DNA of 63,520 bases, the filler included, from Nemertoderma westbladi (taxonomy: Eukaryota; Animalia; Xenacoelomorpha): the NCBI GenBank assembly GCA_032718475.1. It is 3 parts of 3 records of this genome, joined end to end, with 100 filler letters (N's around TTAATTAATTAA, not from the genome) between each part and the next. Parts side by side here need not be neighbours in the genome. Positions count along the whole stretch, not along the records: positions 1 to 25,675 come from JAUCBJ010005073.1; 2 more parts are not named here. One strand, given 5' to 3'. The notes under the pieces are model-generated. The model saw only the letters and a list, made by a program, of their open reading frames with translations, was not told the DNA's origin and made no database searches. A program made the translations under genes and the position numbers. Below, one piece after another: positions 1 through 11,935 of the stretch (its first letter is position 1; every line of letters starts with the position of its first letter).

Positions 1-939
1 CATTCTTTAGGAAATGTTTTGTTATCTATCACACTCATGCACACTACCGCACACTGCTGCACACTGATCTGTCGACCTTCACTAATTTTAATCATATATA
101 AGGAGAACAGCAACTGACACATGTAGGGTCTATGAAATAGCATTCAATTCACTCCAAAACCACTATAATGTAAGTCGCAATTGCTATATGTAACCGGTCT
201 CTCTAACCTTCAGTATATCAAGAAGATTGGGGTTTTCTGATTATGATTATTATTGATTACTGATAACAATTAATAACTGACAGTAAATAGCAGTAAAATA
301 ATGCGGTGTTCTGAGCCGTGTTGTGTGTCCAGTTTGTACTGGTTTGGTTTGATAACAGTTATACGTTTCTATAATCAAAGCCTAGTAATGTTTGGCTAAA
401 GTCTGAAACACAGAATAATTCCACAGCCGATGTTCTGGGCTCAGGAAAAAAGGTAAACAAAGACCATAATGCATTGCGCGATTTCCCGGAGGTTTCTGTG
501 CAAATAAAATGAAAATCGCTCTGATTGGTCGAGTGAGCGAGCCTGAACAAAGAAAGCCAAAAAGCTCCACATCGACATATCAGCTGATAGATGTCGTCAT
601 CTGAACTACACTGTATTAAGAGTATTTTGGCGCATTGCGGCATAAGATGGCTTGTTATGTCCGCTAAAGTACACATACAGAAAAATGGCTTTTTATGTCC
701 ACTAAAACACCTACACAGTAAGAAAACGGCTTTTTATGTCCGCTAAAACACCTACAGAGTACTTTGCGGGGAGAATAACTAGCTAGATCCGCAAAAGCCT
801 TTACAGCAAAAATTACAGATGTGTTATCAAATTCTTTCGTTTCGGCCATACATTTGTTCACCTTGACATGTGTAGATGTTAAACACAATTTTTGAATAAG
901 AAAAATGGTGCAAGTCCATGGAGGACCAGGACTCCCTAT

Positions 940-1090
940 AAAACTGGAATGGATCTGTGACACCCTCAACTGTAGACACAAATGTCGTTGAACCATCGAA
1001 TACTGATCTGATTATACGTGAGTGAGAGACTAAATCGAAAGCCTTAACAATCAGATGTCTGTCTTTCTTTTTTGATAACTCTTCAATTGA
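940..1090 (-). mobile_element. Degenerate RTE-clade LINE RT fragment
   Basis: Translation IEELSKKKDRHL..KAFD.VS.SR..IRSVFDGSTTFVSTVEGVTDPF matches the RTE copies at 44.0-44.9 kb and 57.9-58.6 kb, with deletions. Confidence 0.75.
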
Positions 1091-1360
1091 ACTTATTTGA
1101 TATAAACAAATCTCGACTAATAAGGTAAAGAGTTGACACTTTAACCGATTTCGCAATAAGGCATATTTTTTATATTTATACTGTACAACGGTTTTAACAA
1201 ATTTAAAGGGAAAATGTAAAATTCAGGCTCTATATGGACAATGACGGTGAGTTTTAAATAAAGTAGTTTTGTTTCAGGGGGGGGGGGGGGGGGTCTGGGG
1301 GTCTTTGTCATCAGCAAATGACACTGATGGTGTAGATTATAGTCACATAATATGATTTTA

Positions 1361-1748
1361 GGACAATTGCGCCCTGTACAATTGCAACCCGGTCAATTGC
1401 GACCCATGATTTTAGAAACAATTGATGGGTCGTAATTGACCGGGTCGCAATTGTCCGGGTCGCAATTGTCCGGGTCGCAATTGTCCGGATCCAGATAAAA
1501 AGATGTATTGTACCCAATATCATTGATAAATATCATTGTATCATTGTATATCATTGATAATTGCGACCCGGACAATTGCGACCCGGACAATTGCTACCCG
1601 GACAATTGCGACCCGGACAATTGTGACCCATGATTTTTATTTCAAAACATGGGTCGCAATTCACCGGGTCGCAATTGTCCGGGTTCTAATTGTCCGGGTC
1701 GCAATTGTCCGGGTCGCAATTGTCCGGGTCGCAATTGTCCGGACTCCA
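1361..1748. repeat. Two palindromic cassettes of 15-bp repeats (CAATTGCGACCCGGA and its inverse)
   Basis: In each cassette (about 1361-1492 and 1556-1748) tandem 15-mers face inverted 15-mers across a short spacer; foldback/MITE-like. Confidence 0.8.
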
Positions 1749-3771
1749 AATACTATATGCTTCCAGGCTTTCCGTTTATGCTTTCCGTAGGCCTACAGTA
1801 TATCAGAGAGTAGTGCCTACAGGAGATGGTTTGCTCGTTTAGGTGTTTCTATTGGGGAACGCAATTAACCAATTATTGCCTTCTGCGTTTTGTGTTGGTG
1901 TGGCAGATGCCGCCTAGTTCATTAATCCACATACTGAAACACTATACTAAGCTCCCACAGTAACTCACAACAAACTGTAGGCCTATATTATTATTAATTA
2001 ACAAAGTATGCTAACTGTGGCTCAAAGTCATTCAATTAATATTAATTTATTACAATATTGTCATTTTAAATTCTGGAAACGCACATTATAAGGTACATTG
2101 CTAGTAATATACAGTATGTACAACACATGTCAGTTACAGCACATACCATATCGTTTACGTAGCCAATCCAACCCGGCCCTCGTCGCTCTATGTACTGTAT
2201 ATCCGCAATACTCCCCGCTCCCGCTGCTTATATCCTCAAATACGTTGCTTAACGCCAAGCCCTTAAACCTACAGTGTACTACAATATAACTGTATGTATT
2301 AATTTGACATCCAAAAGACCACACCAAAATTAAAGTAGATAGATAGATAGATAGATAGGCCTACAGTAGATATATATATTTATTTATACATTATTTAAAA
2401 ACAATAAAAAATTCACCAAACAATGTATATATTATCCAATATAACATATATGATTACCCCTAAAGCTTTGAGTAACTGCTGCAAGCTAACCTACAGTAAA
2501 ACAAATATAAGACGTAATTACACTATGTACAACTTTACTCAACCGAGTATGCCCGACTCAACGATAAAGATGTACTGTAGCTACTGTACTACTACTGTAC
2601 AATGCAATTTATAAAACGTAATTACAATATAGTAAACATAACTTACTGTAGGACTATTGTACCAATTTTGACATTCCATACGGAGGTGGGATTTAACTGC
2701 CGCTTTAAAAGAATGTTGATCAGTAGAATGTTACCGTGGCACGTTATTCTTACCAAAACAATTAACGAAGGGAAATAGAACCGGTTACATTTTTATTTTT
2801 GAGAGTAATCAGCTGTTATTTGCGTCAAGTTTCCCGTGGAGAAAGATGAATTTTGATGGTGTCGAAAGTCCCGCCATATCTGGGTTTTCTGCGTACCGGT
2901 GTGACAGGCAAAAAATCCCCCCGCATAGTTTGCCCGGGGAGCAAAATCTGCTACTGTAGCAGATATTGTCCCTTCGCGCCGATTTCGTCCCCCCTTGAAT
3001 CTAATCTAAACTACCTGTACCTGACTGCTGAATAACCTACCGGCAAAGATACAGTAACTTAGAAGGTTGGCGATATTGATCATCGTTTCCTTCAATAATT
3101 GGCTATGAGAATATAATAAACAAAGAGACTAGAAACTATCATCGGCATATAATGCTGGCTGTTTTAGTACGTTAAACTCTGATAGGGGGGAAACTGGACG
3201 CAATAAAAATTCCTCCCTCTCCAGGGGAAATTGGACGCAAATACAGTAACAGCTGATTACTCTCAAAAATAAAACTGTAACCTCTGTTCAGTTGTGTTTA
3301 GTTTATTGTTTTGGTTAAACTAACGTGCCACTGTAACCTGCTCCTTTCCATAAATTGAGAATTTAACATTGGGGCGCGCGAGATATTAATTCGCCAAGAT
3401 GGGATTTGCGTCCAGCCACCCCCCCCCCCCCCCTGTCTCGTTAAACTGTCTCGAGGGAATTTTTATGTTAGGCTGATATACCGGTATCGGGGTATAAAAG
3501 TAAAGGCGGACTTTTCTAACCAAAACAATAAACAATATTTGTTACCAATTGAGGGAAAGGAACAGGTTACAGTTGCAGGTCTAACCAAAACAATAAACGA
3601 TATTGTTACTACTGCTACAACTACTACTGTACTGCGGTATCCGTAATGTAATAAAATATCTCAATATCGAGCACTCCAGACGTGAAGAGTGTCAATACTC
3701 CATATACTTTTACAGCACTGACATAAGTAAACTTGCGTACACGTACACTACAGTATGTTGTTAATGTATAA

Positions 3772-4042
3772 AAGTAAAGTAAAGTAAATTTTCTTCAGCC
3801 ACTAGGACAGGGATTACGCACAACGACTTATTTCCAGTGCGGTCCCCCCAGAACTTTACTCGCCCCAGAGGAAACTCCAGTACTCATTTAGCTACCACTT
3901 AAGGATGCAAGGCAGATGCGCCCTGGCTGGTCCCTTTTTAAAGCATTCGTGTCGAAACGAAAACTGCCCTGGCCCATGTGATGATCGAACCCACGACCTA
4001 CAGGAGATGTGAATTCAATGCAACCACTACCCAGGTGGAACC
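3772..4042 (-). mobile_element. tRNA-derived SINE, family A copy 1
   Basis: Minus strand shows A-box-like GGGTAGTGG and B-box GGTTCGATC, with a (TTTAC)n tail; a near-identical copy lies at 18228-18499. Confidence 0.8.
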
Positions 4043-4587
4043 TTGGTGATGTGTTGGTAATGTATGTCATGTAGCAGAAGGCTGTTAGCTACCGGTAGCG
4101 ACCTAGTCAAGTAGTCTAAATGCATCAAATCGAGTGAAAAGAAAGGGAAAAATGGGGGGCCGAAACTGCGAACCCCGGACAATACAGCAATATCTGCTAG
4201 CAGATACTAACCTTGTAACCCCCTACTGACCTAGCTGCCTAGGATAATTTATGCTAGGGTATTTGGTCCTGGCTGCCTGGGCGCTGGGGCTGGAGGTCAT
4301 AATACGCTAGCGAATCTTATCAGGGGGGGGGGGGGCATACATTTCAGGGGGCAAAATATGAAATATGCTGTGATACCGCAGTACCTGGTACCGGTATACC
4401 ATTGCTGCATTGTGCTTATCAGTTACAGAGTTACGTTCAGACGTACAACTACAACAGTCAGACAGTACTGCAGTACCGGTACAAGGTACAAAACACCCTT
4501 CCAGCCTTCCTCCATCCCTCCACATACTGACATACTGACATACCGGTAACTATTAATTGAATTAGACTAACAATCACTTGGAACAAA

Positions 4588-5544
4588 ATGTCTTCCCTAA
4601 AAAAAGTTATCCTCTTAGATAACGTTGATGTTCGATGTAAGAACATTCTAGAGAAAGCTGGAATCCAGGCAGAAAGTCGAGAAAAACTTAGTAAAGACGA
4701 TTTACTGAAGGAGTTAGGCGGAGGTAACTACGATGGTTTGGTGGTTCGTTCAGCGACACAAGTTACAACCGAAGTCCTTCAGGCTGCCGGTAGTCTTAAG
4801 GTTATAGGCCGAGCTGGAGTTGGTGTGGATAACATCGACGTTGAAAGTGCCACGAAACGAGGTGTCTTAGTCGTAAACGCCCCAAATGGAAACACCATTA
4901 GTGCAGCGGAACACACATGCGCTCTCATCTGCTGTTTAGGTCGCCGTATACCGGAAGCCCACTCGATGGTAAAATCCGGAAAGTGGGACCGCAAGGCGTA
5001 CATGGGGTTCGAGTTGCACGGAAAGGTTTTGGGTATTGTAGGATTGGGGCGAATCGGGAGGGAAGTAGCTGCGAGGATGCAGTCCTTCGGGATGCGTACC
5101 ATCGGATACGATCCTATAGTGTCGGCAGGGGAGGCCGCACGTCATCGCATAGAATACTACGATTTAGAGAAAGTTCTGGCGGAAAGCGATATAATAACTC
5201 TGCACACTCCGCTAATTCCAGCCACTAAGCACCTTATCAACGATACCTCATTGGCTACTTGTAAGCGCGGCGTCCGTTTTGTCAACGTCGCCCGTGGCGG
5301 AATCATTGACGAGAAGGCGTTAGAACGCGCCCTGATCTCGGGCCAGTGTGGCGGCGCAGCCCTGGATGTGTTCGCTGTTGAGCCACCCAATGTGGCGGAT
5401 ATCTCGCACCCAAACCTGATCGTAACACCCCATCTCGGTGCCAACACGAAGGAAGCGCAGATCCGTTGTGCGGAGGAGATAGCTCAACAGTTCTGTGACA
5501 TCGCCAAAGGGGAAAAACCGCACGGTGCAGTTAACAAGATATAG
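4588..5544 (+). CDS. PHGDH: D-3-phosphoglycerate dehydrogenase (short form, no ACT/ASB domain), intronless
   Basis: 318-aa ORF with VRSATQVT, GRAGVGVDNID, the NAD-binding GLGRIG, and catalytic R/E/H in NVARGG, EPP, TPHLGA; AATAAA at 5717. Confidence 0.95.
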   Translation: MSSLKKVILLDNVDVRCKNILEKAGIQAESREKLSKDDLLKELGGGNYDGLVVRSATQVTTEVLQAAGSLKVIGRAGVGVDNIDVESATKRGVLVVNAPNGNTISAAEHTCALICCLGRRIPEAHSMVKSGKWDRKAYMGFELHGKVLGIVGLGRIGREVAARMQSFGMRTIGYDPIVSAGEAARHRIEYYDLEKVLAESDIITLHTPLIPATKHLINDTSLATCKRGVRFVNVARGGIIDEKALERALISGQCGGAALDVFAVEPPNVADISHPNLIVTPHLGANTKEAQIRCAEEIAQQFCDIAKGEKPHGAVNKI

Positions 5545-6203
5545 TTTAGCAATTTAATTATCATTTTAGGTTAGCAATGTCAATTGATATTTTAAGACAT
5601 CCAGGCTTGCTGTTTTATTCATCACCGTGGGTGGAGCCTGCTGTTCTATCTGTTCATCTGCAAAGCTTTTAACTGTTTACAGCCAAGGTGGTTGAGGGTT
5701 TAGGTTATTGAATTTCAATAAATATATTTATGGCCATGGGTATCGAGGTGGATTTGTTTTTGTGGTACTGCTAACTTATTATGTTTCACTCCTATCGGTT
5801 GTCATTGACACATTCCTAATCACTTACACTTTTAAACTCAATTAATCCCAGCGAGTTTCTTACAACAGTTACCAATTAATTAATACCGCCAGTCGTTTTT
5901 ACTATGTCACAATTCTACAAAAAACCACACAAACCTCCCCACCGCATTTATATCTTTCACTAACAACATTTAGTATTAAGCTTTTAATTTTTACTATACT
6001 GGTAATAAGAGTAACGGTGATGGGTTCTAATTCCTATTTTGATTTAATCTAGTTACGAGATAATGAAAGTATTGTTAATTTCATACATAATTTGATAATT
6101 TTGTGCTACGAAATTGAAATTAGTTTTGTAATTTATAATTATGAATGAATGAATATTGAATAACGCCAATATTAATAACAATTTAATTTTACTGCCAATA
6201 TTT

Positions 6204-7529
6204 GCCTCGGGGGAAGGGGTCAGGGTTACCGAATGGCCTCGGGTAAGGGGTCATGGTTACCGAGTAGCCTCGGGGAGGGGGTCAGGGTTACCGAGCGGTC
6301 TTTAGGAAGGGGTCAGGGTTACCGAGTGGCGTCGGGGAGGGGGGGGGGGGGGGGGGGTCAGGGTTACTGATTGGCCTCGGGGGAAATGGTCAGGCTTACG
6401 TAGTGCCTCGGGGGAAGGGGTTAGGGTTACCAAGTGGCCTCGGGGGAAGGGGTTATGGTTACTGAGTGGCCTCGGGGGAAAGGGTCAGTGTTACCGAGCG
6501 GCCTCGGGGGAAAGGGTCAGTGTTACCGAGCGGCCTCGGGGGAAGGAGTCAGGGTTACTGAATGGCATCGGGGGAAGGGGTCAGTGTTACCGAGTGGCCT
6601 CAGGGGGAGGGGTTAGGGTTAGCGAGTGGCCTCGGGGAAGGAGTCAGGGTTACTGAGTGACCTCGGGGGAAAGGGTCAGTGTTACTGAGTGGCATCAGGG
6701 GAAGGGGTCAGGGTTGCCGAGTGGCCTCGGGGGGAGGGGTTATGGTTAGCGAGTGGCCTCGGGGGAAGGGGTCAGGAGGGTTACTGAGTGGCATCGGGGG
6801 AAGGAGTCAGGGTTACTGAGTGGCCTCGGGGGAAGGGGTCGGGGTTACTGAGTGGCCTCGGGGGAAAGGGTCAGTGTTACCGAGTGGCCTCGGGGGAAGG
6901 GGTCAGGGTTACTGAGTTGCCTCGGGGGAAGGGGTCAGGGTTACCGAGTGCCCTTGGGGGGAGGGGTTAGGGTTAGCGAGTGGCCTCGGGGGAAGGGGTC
7001 AGGGTTACTGAGTGGCCTCGGGGGAAAGGGTCAGTGTTACCGAATGGCCTCGGAGGAAGGGGGTCAGGGTTACCGAGTGGCCTCGGGGGGAGGGGTCAGG
7101 GTTACTGAGTAGCCTCGGGGGAAAGGGTCAGTGTTACCGAATGGCCTCGGAGGAAGGGGTCAGGGTTACCGAGTGGCCTCGGGGGAGGGGTCAACGTTAC
7201 CGAGTGGCCTCGGGGGGAGGGGTCAGGGTTACCGAGTGGCCTCGGGGGAAGGGGTCAGGGTTACTGAGTGGCCTCGGGGGAAAGGGTCAGTGTTACTGAA
7301 TGGCCTCGGAGGAAGGGGTCAGGTTTACCGAGTGGCCTCGGGGGGAGGGGTCAGTGTTACCGACTGGCCTCGGGGGGAGGCGTTAGGGTTAGCGAGTGGC
7401 CTCGGGGGAAGGGGTCAGTGTTACCGAGTGGCCTCGGGGGAAGGGGTCAGGGTTACCGAGTGGCCTCGGGGGGAGGGGTCAGGGTTACTGAAGTGGCCTC
7501 GGGGGGAGGGGTCAGGGTTACCGAGTGGT
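6204..7529 (+). repeat. G-rich ~32-bp minisatellite, about 40 copies
   Basis: Unit GAGTGGCCTCGGGGGAAGGGGTCAGGGTTACC; some variants contain GGGGTTAGGGTTAG. Confidence 0.95.
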
Positions 7530-8273
7530 TCCGTTACTATCTTCGCACGTACCAATAATACAATAACGCAGGCTGCGGACTGCGCGTTTCCTGCACATAC
7601 CATGCTGCAAGCCAAAGGGCAAGAGCTTCTTTCTGGCGGTGGTTGGTCACTTATCTGCTTATGTAGTCGTTATAGAGTTTACAGACGAGAGGGAGTAGCA
7701 CACTGTCGCAGTTGTCAAGAAGTTAATGATAATGAAGTAAAAAGACTTTGTCTGGTAATGCTCTCATTGGTAATGATCATGCTGTTGGGATCGGGTAGAT
7801 TATATACAATGTACAGTTGGTATTTTAATCCCAGAGGTACTGCTATGAGTCACTTTTAAAGGATTGTGTTGTGGTACTGTAAAAGTACCATCCATCACGG
7901 AAGATATAATAATACATTCGAAACTCGTTTCAAATTTTGTGTTTCATTAATTTTTCAATTTCCAAATGCCTTGCCCTATTTATATTGTAAAAATGTAATC
8001 ATTGATTAACTCTCACAATTATACTTACTAACTCCTTGCACATCATTGAACAATTTGGTAAATGAAGATGCAGCCTACAATTTCAAATTTGCCTCCATTT
8101 CCTTCAGCGTTGCTACTTGAACATTAATTTATTTCAATTCTCACACACAATTAAAATATATTATTGTATTACCGGTCTGCCGGTACAGACAGCGGTACCC
8201 CTCTCCTGCAGTCCTGCGCTCTGTTGTTGTTACGTCCCAGTCGCGGTCACCTAGCAACATCAATAATCTGATA

Positions 8274-9992
8274 ATGGCATCCATTTCCAGAACAAACAGC
8301 TACTTCACAAAATCAAAGACCCCATTAACAACTTCTAAACTAAAACAACAAAAGTACGACGCGGTGGTAATTGGTGCTGGACACAACGGACTTATTGCTG
8401 CGGCATATCTTGCGAAAAGCGGACGAAAAGTCGCTGTTTTCGAGAAACGCCCCGTCATAGGCGGGGCAGCCGTTACCCAGGAGATATTCCCCGGGTTCCA
8501 CTTCTCCACCTGTTCCTACTTACTGAGTCTACTGAGACCTGTTATAATAAAAGACTTGCATCTAATCTCGCACGGGTTGCGGTGGTACACACGAGACCCC
8601 GGGTCATTCACCCCGTTAGTAGACGGCCGTTACTTACTGTTGGGGAGCGACGCGGCCGCTAACAGCCAGAGTATCGCTCGCTTTAGTAAGTCGGACGCTT
8701 GCGCTTACCCGCGGTACGAGCGGTGGGCGGGATCGATAGTGAACGCGATCGATCCCTTACTCGACGCGCCTCCGTTGAACCTCGGCCGATCGGCGTCCCG
8801 ACGAGACAACCTCCGAGCCGTCGCCAGTCTCGGTAAACTCGCCTACCGATTAGGGCGAGACGCCCCGAGTTTCTACGAGTTAGTAACCGCCCCGGTTTCC
8901 CGGATTCTAGACCGCTGGTTCGAATCGGACGCGTTGAAAGCGACGCTGGCCACGGACGGAGTCATAGGGGAGCTAACGAGTCCGTACTCCGCCGGTTCCG
9001 GGTACGTTCTACTGCACCACGTTATGGGAGGCGTCACCGGGGAGTCGGGACAGTGGGTCTACGTAGCCGGCGGGATGGGAGCCGTATCCGAGGCCATCGC
9101 GAAAGAAGCCGTTAAACGCGGCGTGCACATATACACCGATAAGCCGGTAGCCAAAGTAACCTGCGACGCTAACGGCTCGGTTAACGGAGTCGTTTTATCC
9201 GACGGTAAAGAAATATCTTGTAAAATTGTTTTATCTAATGCAACTCCTAAAATAACATTCGGTAAGTTGGTAGATCAATCTTTACTTCCGAGTTCCTATG
9301 TGCGAGAGATCGATAGTATAGGTTACAGTGGGGGTGCAGGTAAGATAAACATAGCCGTGGATAGGATCCCTAGGTTCTCTTGCTATCCCAGTAGCTCAGC
9401 TGATAGGGCGACACTCCCATGCCATCACGGTACAATACATCTAGGATGCGAGACAATGCCGGCCATACACGAGGCCTATCTGGAGGCGGCCTCTGGCTCC
9501 CCCTCCACCAGACCCATGGTAGAGATGACCATACCGTCCGCGTTGGACGGGAGCGTGGCCCCCGCTGGGGGGCGTCACGTCGTGCAGTTGTTCGTACAGT
9601 ACGCGCCGTACACGCTGCGGGACGGCCTCGATTGGGACGCTATCCGAGAGAGTTGGGCTGATTCCGTGTTCCGCGTTGTAGAGGAGTACAGTCCCGGGTT
9701 CACGGACTCCGTGATAGGCAGACAGGTACTCACCCCGCTAGACCTAGAGACCCAGTTCGATATTACCGGAGGGAATATCTTCCACGGCTCTATGAGTCTG
9801 GACCAGCTGTATTGGGCGCGCCCTGTGCCCAGTGCCCCCGGCTCTAGGACGCCCCTTTCAGGGCTCTATATGTGCGGCAGTGGGGCGCACCCTGGGGGCG
9901 GCGTTATGGGCTCTCCAGGGCGTCTCGCCGCTATTGCTGCCCTTAATGATTGGAAGTCTATTAATAAATCCTCAAAAAGTAATTCTAAATAA
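8274..9992 (+). CDS. PYROXD2: Pyridine nucleotide-disulfide oxidoreductase domain-containing protein 2 (phytoene dehydrogenase-like FAD oxidoreductase), intronless
   Basis: 572-aa ORF: IGAGHNGL FAD motif, GGAAVT.E..PGF.FS.CSYLLSLLRP, LATDGVIG, GYVLLHHVMG, GGNIFHG.MSLDQL, LY.CGSGAHPGGGVMG. Confidence 0.92.
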   Translation: MASISRTNSYFTKSKTPLTTSKLKQQKYDAVVIGAGHNGLIAAAYLAKSGRKVAVFEKRPVIGGAAVTQEIFPGFHFSTCSYLLSLLRPVIIKDLHLISHGLRWYTRDPGSFTPLVDGRYLLLGSDAAANSQSIARFSKSDACAYPRYERWAGSIVNAIDPLLDAPPLNLGRSASRRDNLRAVASLGKLAYRLGRDAPSFYELVTAPVSRILDRWFESDALKATLATDGVIGELTSPYSAGSGYVLLHHVMGGVTGESGQWVYVAGGMGAVSEAIAKEAVKRGVHIYTDKPVAKVTCDANGSVNGVVLSDGKEISCKIVLSNATPKITFGKLVDQSLLPSSYVREIDSIGYSGGAGKINIAVDRIPRFSCYPSSSADRATLPCHHGTIHLGCETMPAIHEAYLEAASGSPSTRPMVEMTIPSALDGSVAPAGGRHVVQLFVQYAPYTLRDGLDWDAIRESWADSVFRVVEEYSPGFTDSVIGRQVLTPLDLETQFDITGGNIFHGSMSLDQLYWARPVPSAPGSRTPLSGLYMCGSGAHPGGGVMGSPGRLAAIAALNDWKSINKSSKSNSK

Positions 9993-10267
9993 ATTGCGGC
10001 TGTTTCTAGAATTTAATATTTATTATATATTTATAGTTCGTATTGCAATCCCGTTTGTATTTATCCGAGTAAATAGAAAATCATTGAACACTTTTATTAC
10101 TATTATATTATATTATGTTGTTATAAATTAAATAATTAATCATGTTACTCAAATATTTAGTTTGATAATATATCAGTTATATTGATTAAAAGATTGTTTA
10201 AAACTTGTTTATCGTTATGGGCTTTTAATTATTATATGTGACCATAGTCCATAACATCATGAATATC

Positions 10268-11935
10268 TCATATGTCACCCTTTTCATTTCCCAAGTCCTT
10301 GAACTCATTAACTCCTTCTTCATCATCGGTGCTAATATCCAATGGCGATGTTTCATTAGAGGTCACATACTTCTCACGGTAGACACCCAGAACAGAATTC
10401 TTATGATTTTTACTTTTAACATGTTCACTCTTCTGTTCAAGTCCATTTAAGGTTGTGTCGCATATGACACAAAGAGAACTTACATAAATAAGTTTATTAA
10501 TGTCACAATTAAATTCATCTAGAGACTTCTCCGACCCAGAATTATTCTCAAACGTACCAACCAAAAAACTTAATATGTTGCAAATTGGTGTGAATGATAT
10601 GTAATTTTGAACTGTTTGTGAGTGAGTTTCCCCTTCAACGTGACTAATTGCAAAACGAGCACCCATTTGTTTTATCTGACACAATTCACAGTTACGAGTT
10701 TTTAGAACTTTCTCGCTAATTAGATATTCGAAATAGTTTCTTTTAATGTTGGTGTTGGGTGAATACTCTGTAATACCACTCGGTGGTGCCAATATAGAAG
10801 TTGTTGGTAAATGTTGATTCTTCAAGTCTTTGTGGCAGTCGCGAGACGAACGTTTAACAGATTCGTTATTGTCGTTTGTTGATTCTTTTTGTTTAATTTT
10901 ATGGTCCAGTGTTTCTAGGTGGGCATTGTATTCAGTTAAATCATTCATGTTCGTTTTACACAACGAGCAGTTAAAGCGAGCAGACATATTCGAACCGCGG
11001 CAATTTAAATCTAATGCAGTTATTTCGCTTTTGAACACTTTGACCTTTTCCTTTTTAGCGGAGTGTTTTTCACTTAGCAAATGTTTTGATAATTCGTCGT
11101 GGTTTGTGCACGAAATTAGACAGACTGAACATATAGGCTCATCATAGGCGTTTATTTTCAACCTTTCAACGACATACAACCGACGTTGGTGTTCTTTACC
11201 TGCCATATGAGAACTGTGCGAAGTCTGGCCATTCATCCAGACGCAGCACATCTCGCACCAAGAATTGCCCAGCCTATGACTACTGACATTGGAACCGGTA
11301 GCTACTATTCCATTCCTATTATCCATATAGACTGATCCATTAGTAGCATCTACATTAATTACTGAATCACTTGATTTTACTTCCAGTTTCACTGAGGAAT
11401 CTTTCAAAGACAGTGGCTTTGATTGGTTAGTAGTTTGTGAAATTGAAAATTTTAAATCGTTTTCATCCACGCAGTTACCAGATCCTATGGGTGTGTTGTT
11501 AGGAACACTTTCCGTTTTAACATCGCTCTTTATCATTGAATTTTTTATTTCGCGGAATATTGTATTTTTTTTCTTCGTGTTGGCGTGTTTCTCACTCCCA
11601 ATATGTTTCGTCAATGTAGCACTTGAGTTGCATGCAATGCAGCAGTCCGTGCAGTACGGCTTAGACGGGTTCTTTTTATGCTCTTCTATTGTTTTCCCGC
11701 GACGATTATGGGCTTTGCCAACCATGTGGTCTCGCATTTGGGATAGTCCATTAAAGCTTAAACAGCACATATCGCATGATAGATTTGATATGAACGAAGC
11801 CACTACGTTATAGTTATTTGTTTGAATTTGCAACTCTCCAGTTATGTTGAAAACATTGTTCGCAGGAATTTCATGTAATGTGTTTGAGTTGTCGTTAATA
11901 ATAATATTATCATCATTATAATTTGCACGCGCCAT
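10268..11935 (-). CDS. Protein with seven U1/matrin-type (JAZ/ZNF385-like) C2H2 zinc fingers, single exon
   Basis: 555-aa ORF with seven C-x2-C-x12-H-x5-H motifs, e.g. CDMCCLSFNGLSQMRDHMVGKAH, CEMCCVWMNGQTSHSSHMAGKEH, CVICDTTLNGLEQKSEHVKSKNH. Confidence 0.85.
   Translation of the reverse strand: MARANYNDDNIIINDNSNTLHEIPANNVFNITGELQIQTNNYNVVASFISNLSCDMCCLSFNGLSQMRDHMVGKAHNRRGKTIEEHKKNPSKPYCTDCCIACNSSATLTKHIGSEKHANTKKKNTIFREIKNSMIKSDVKTESVPNNTPIGSGNCVDENDLKFSISQTTNQSKPLSLKDSSVKLEVKSSDSVINVDATNGSVYMDNRNGIVATGSNVSSHRLGNSWCEMCCVWMNGQTSHSSHMAGKEHQRRLYVVERLKINAYDEPICSVCLISCTNHDELSKHLLSEKHSAKKEKVKVFKSEITALDLNCRGSNMSARFNCSLCKTNMNDLTEYNAHLETLDHKIKQKESTNDNNESVKRSSRDCHKDLKNQHLPTTSILAPPSGITEYSPNTNIKRNYFEYLISEKVLKTRNCELCQIKQMGARFAISHVEGETHSQTVQNYISFTPICNILSFLVGTFENNSGSEKSLDEFNCDINKLIYVSSLCVICDTTLNGLEQKSEHVKSKNHKNSVLGVYREKYVTSNETSPLDISTDDEEGVNEFKDLGNEKGDI

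Noticed and set aside
4779-5523. Antisense and alternative-frame ORFs over PHGDH (also over PYROXD2 and the dehydrogenase)
   Set aside because: Shadow ORFs of GC-richer coding sequence with no independent motifs.
6434-7859. Gly/Arg-rich ORFs
   Set aside because: They are minisatellite translations; the unique tail (7530-7859) shows no recognisable domain or clear splice pattern.
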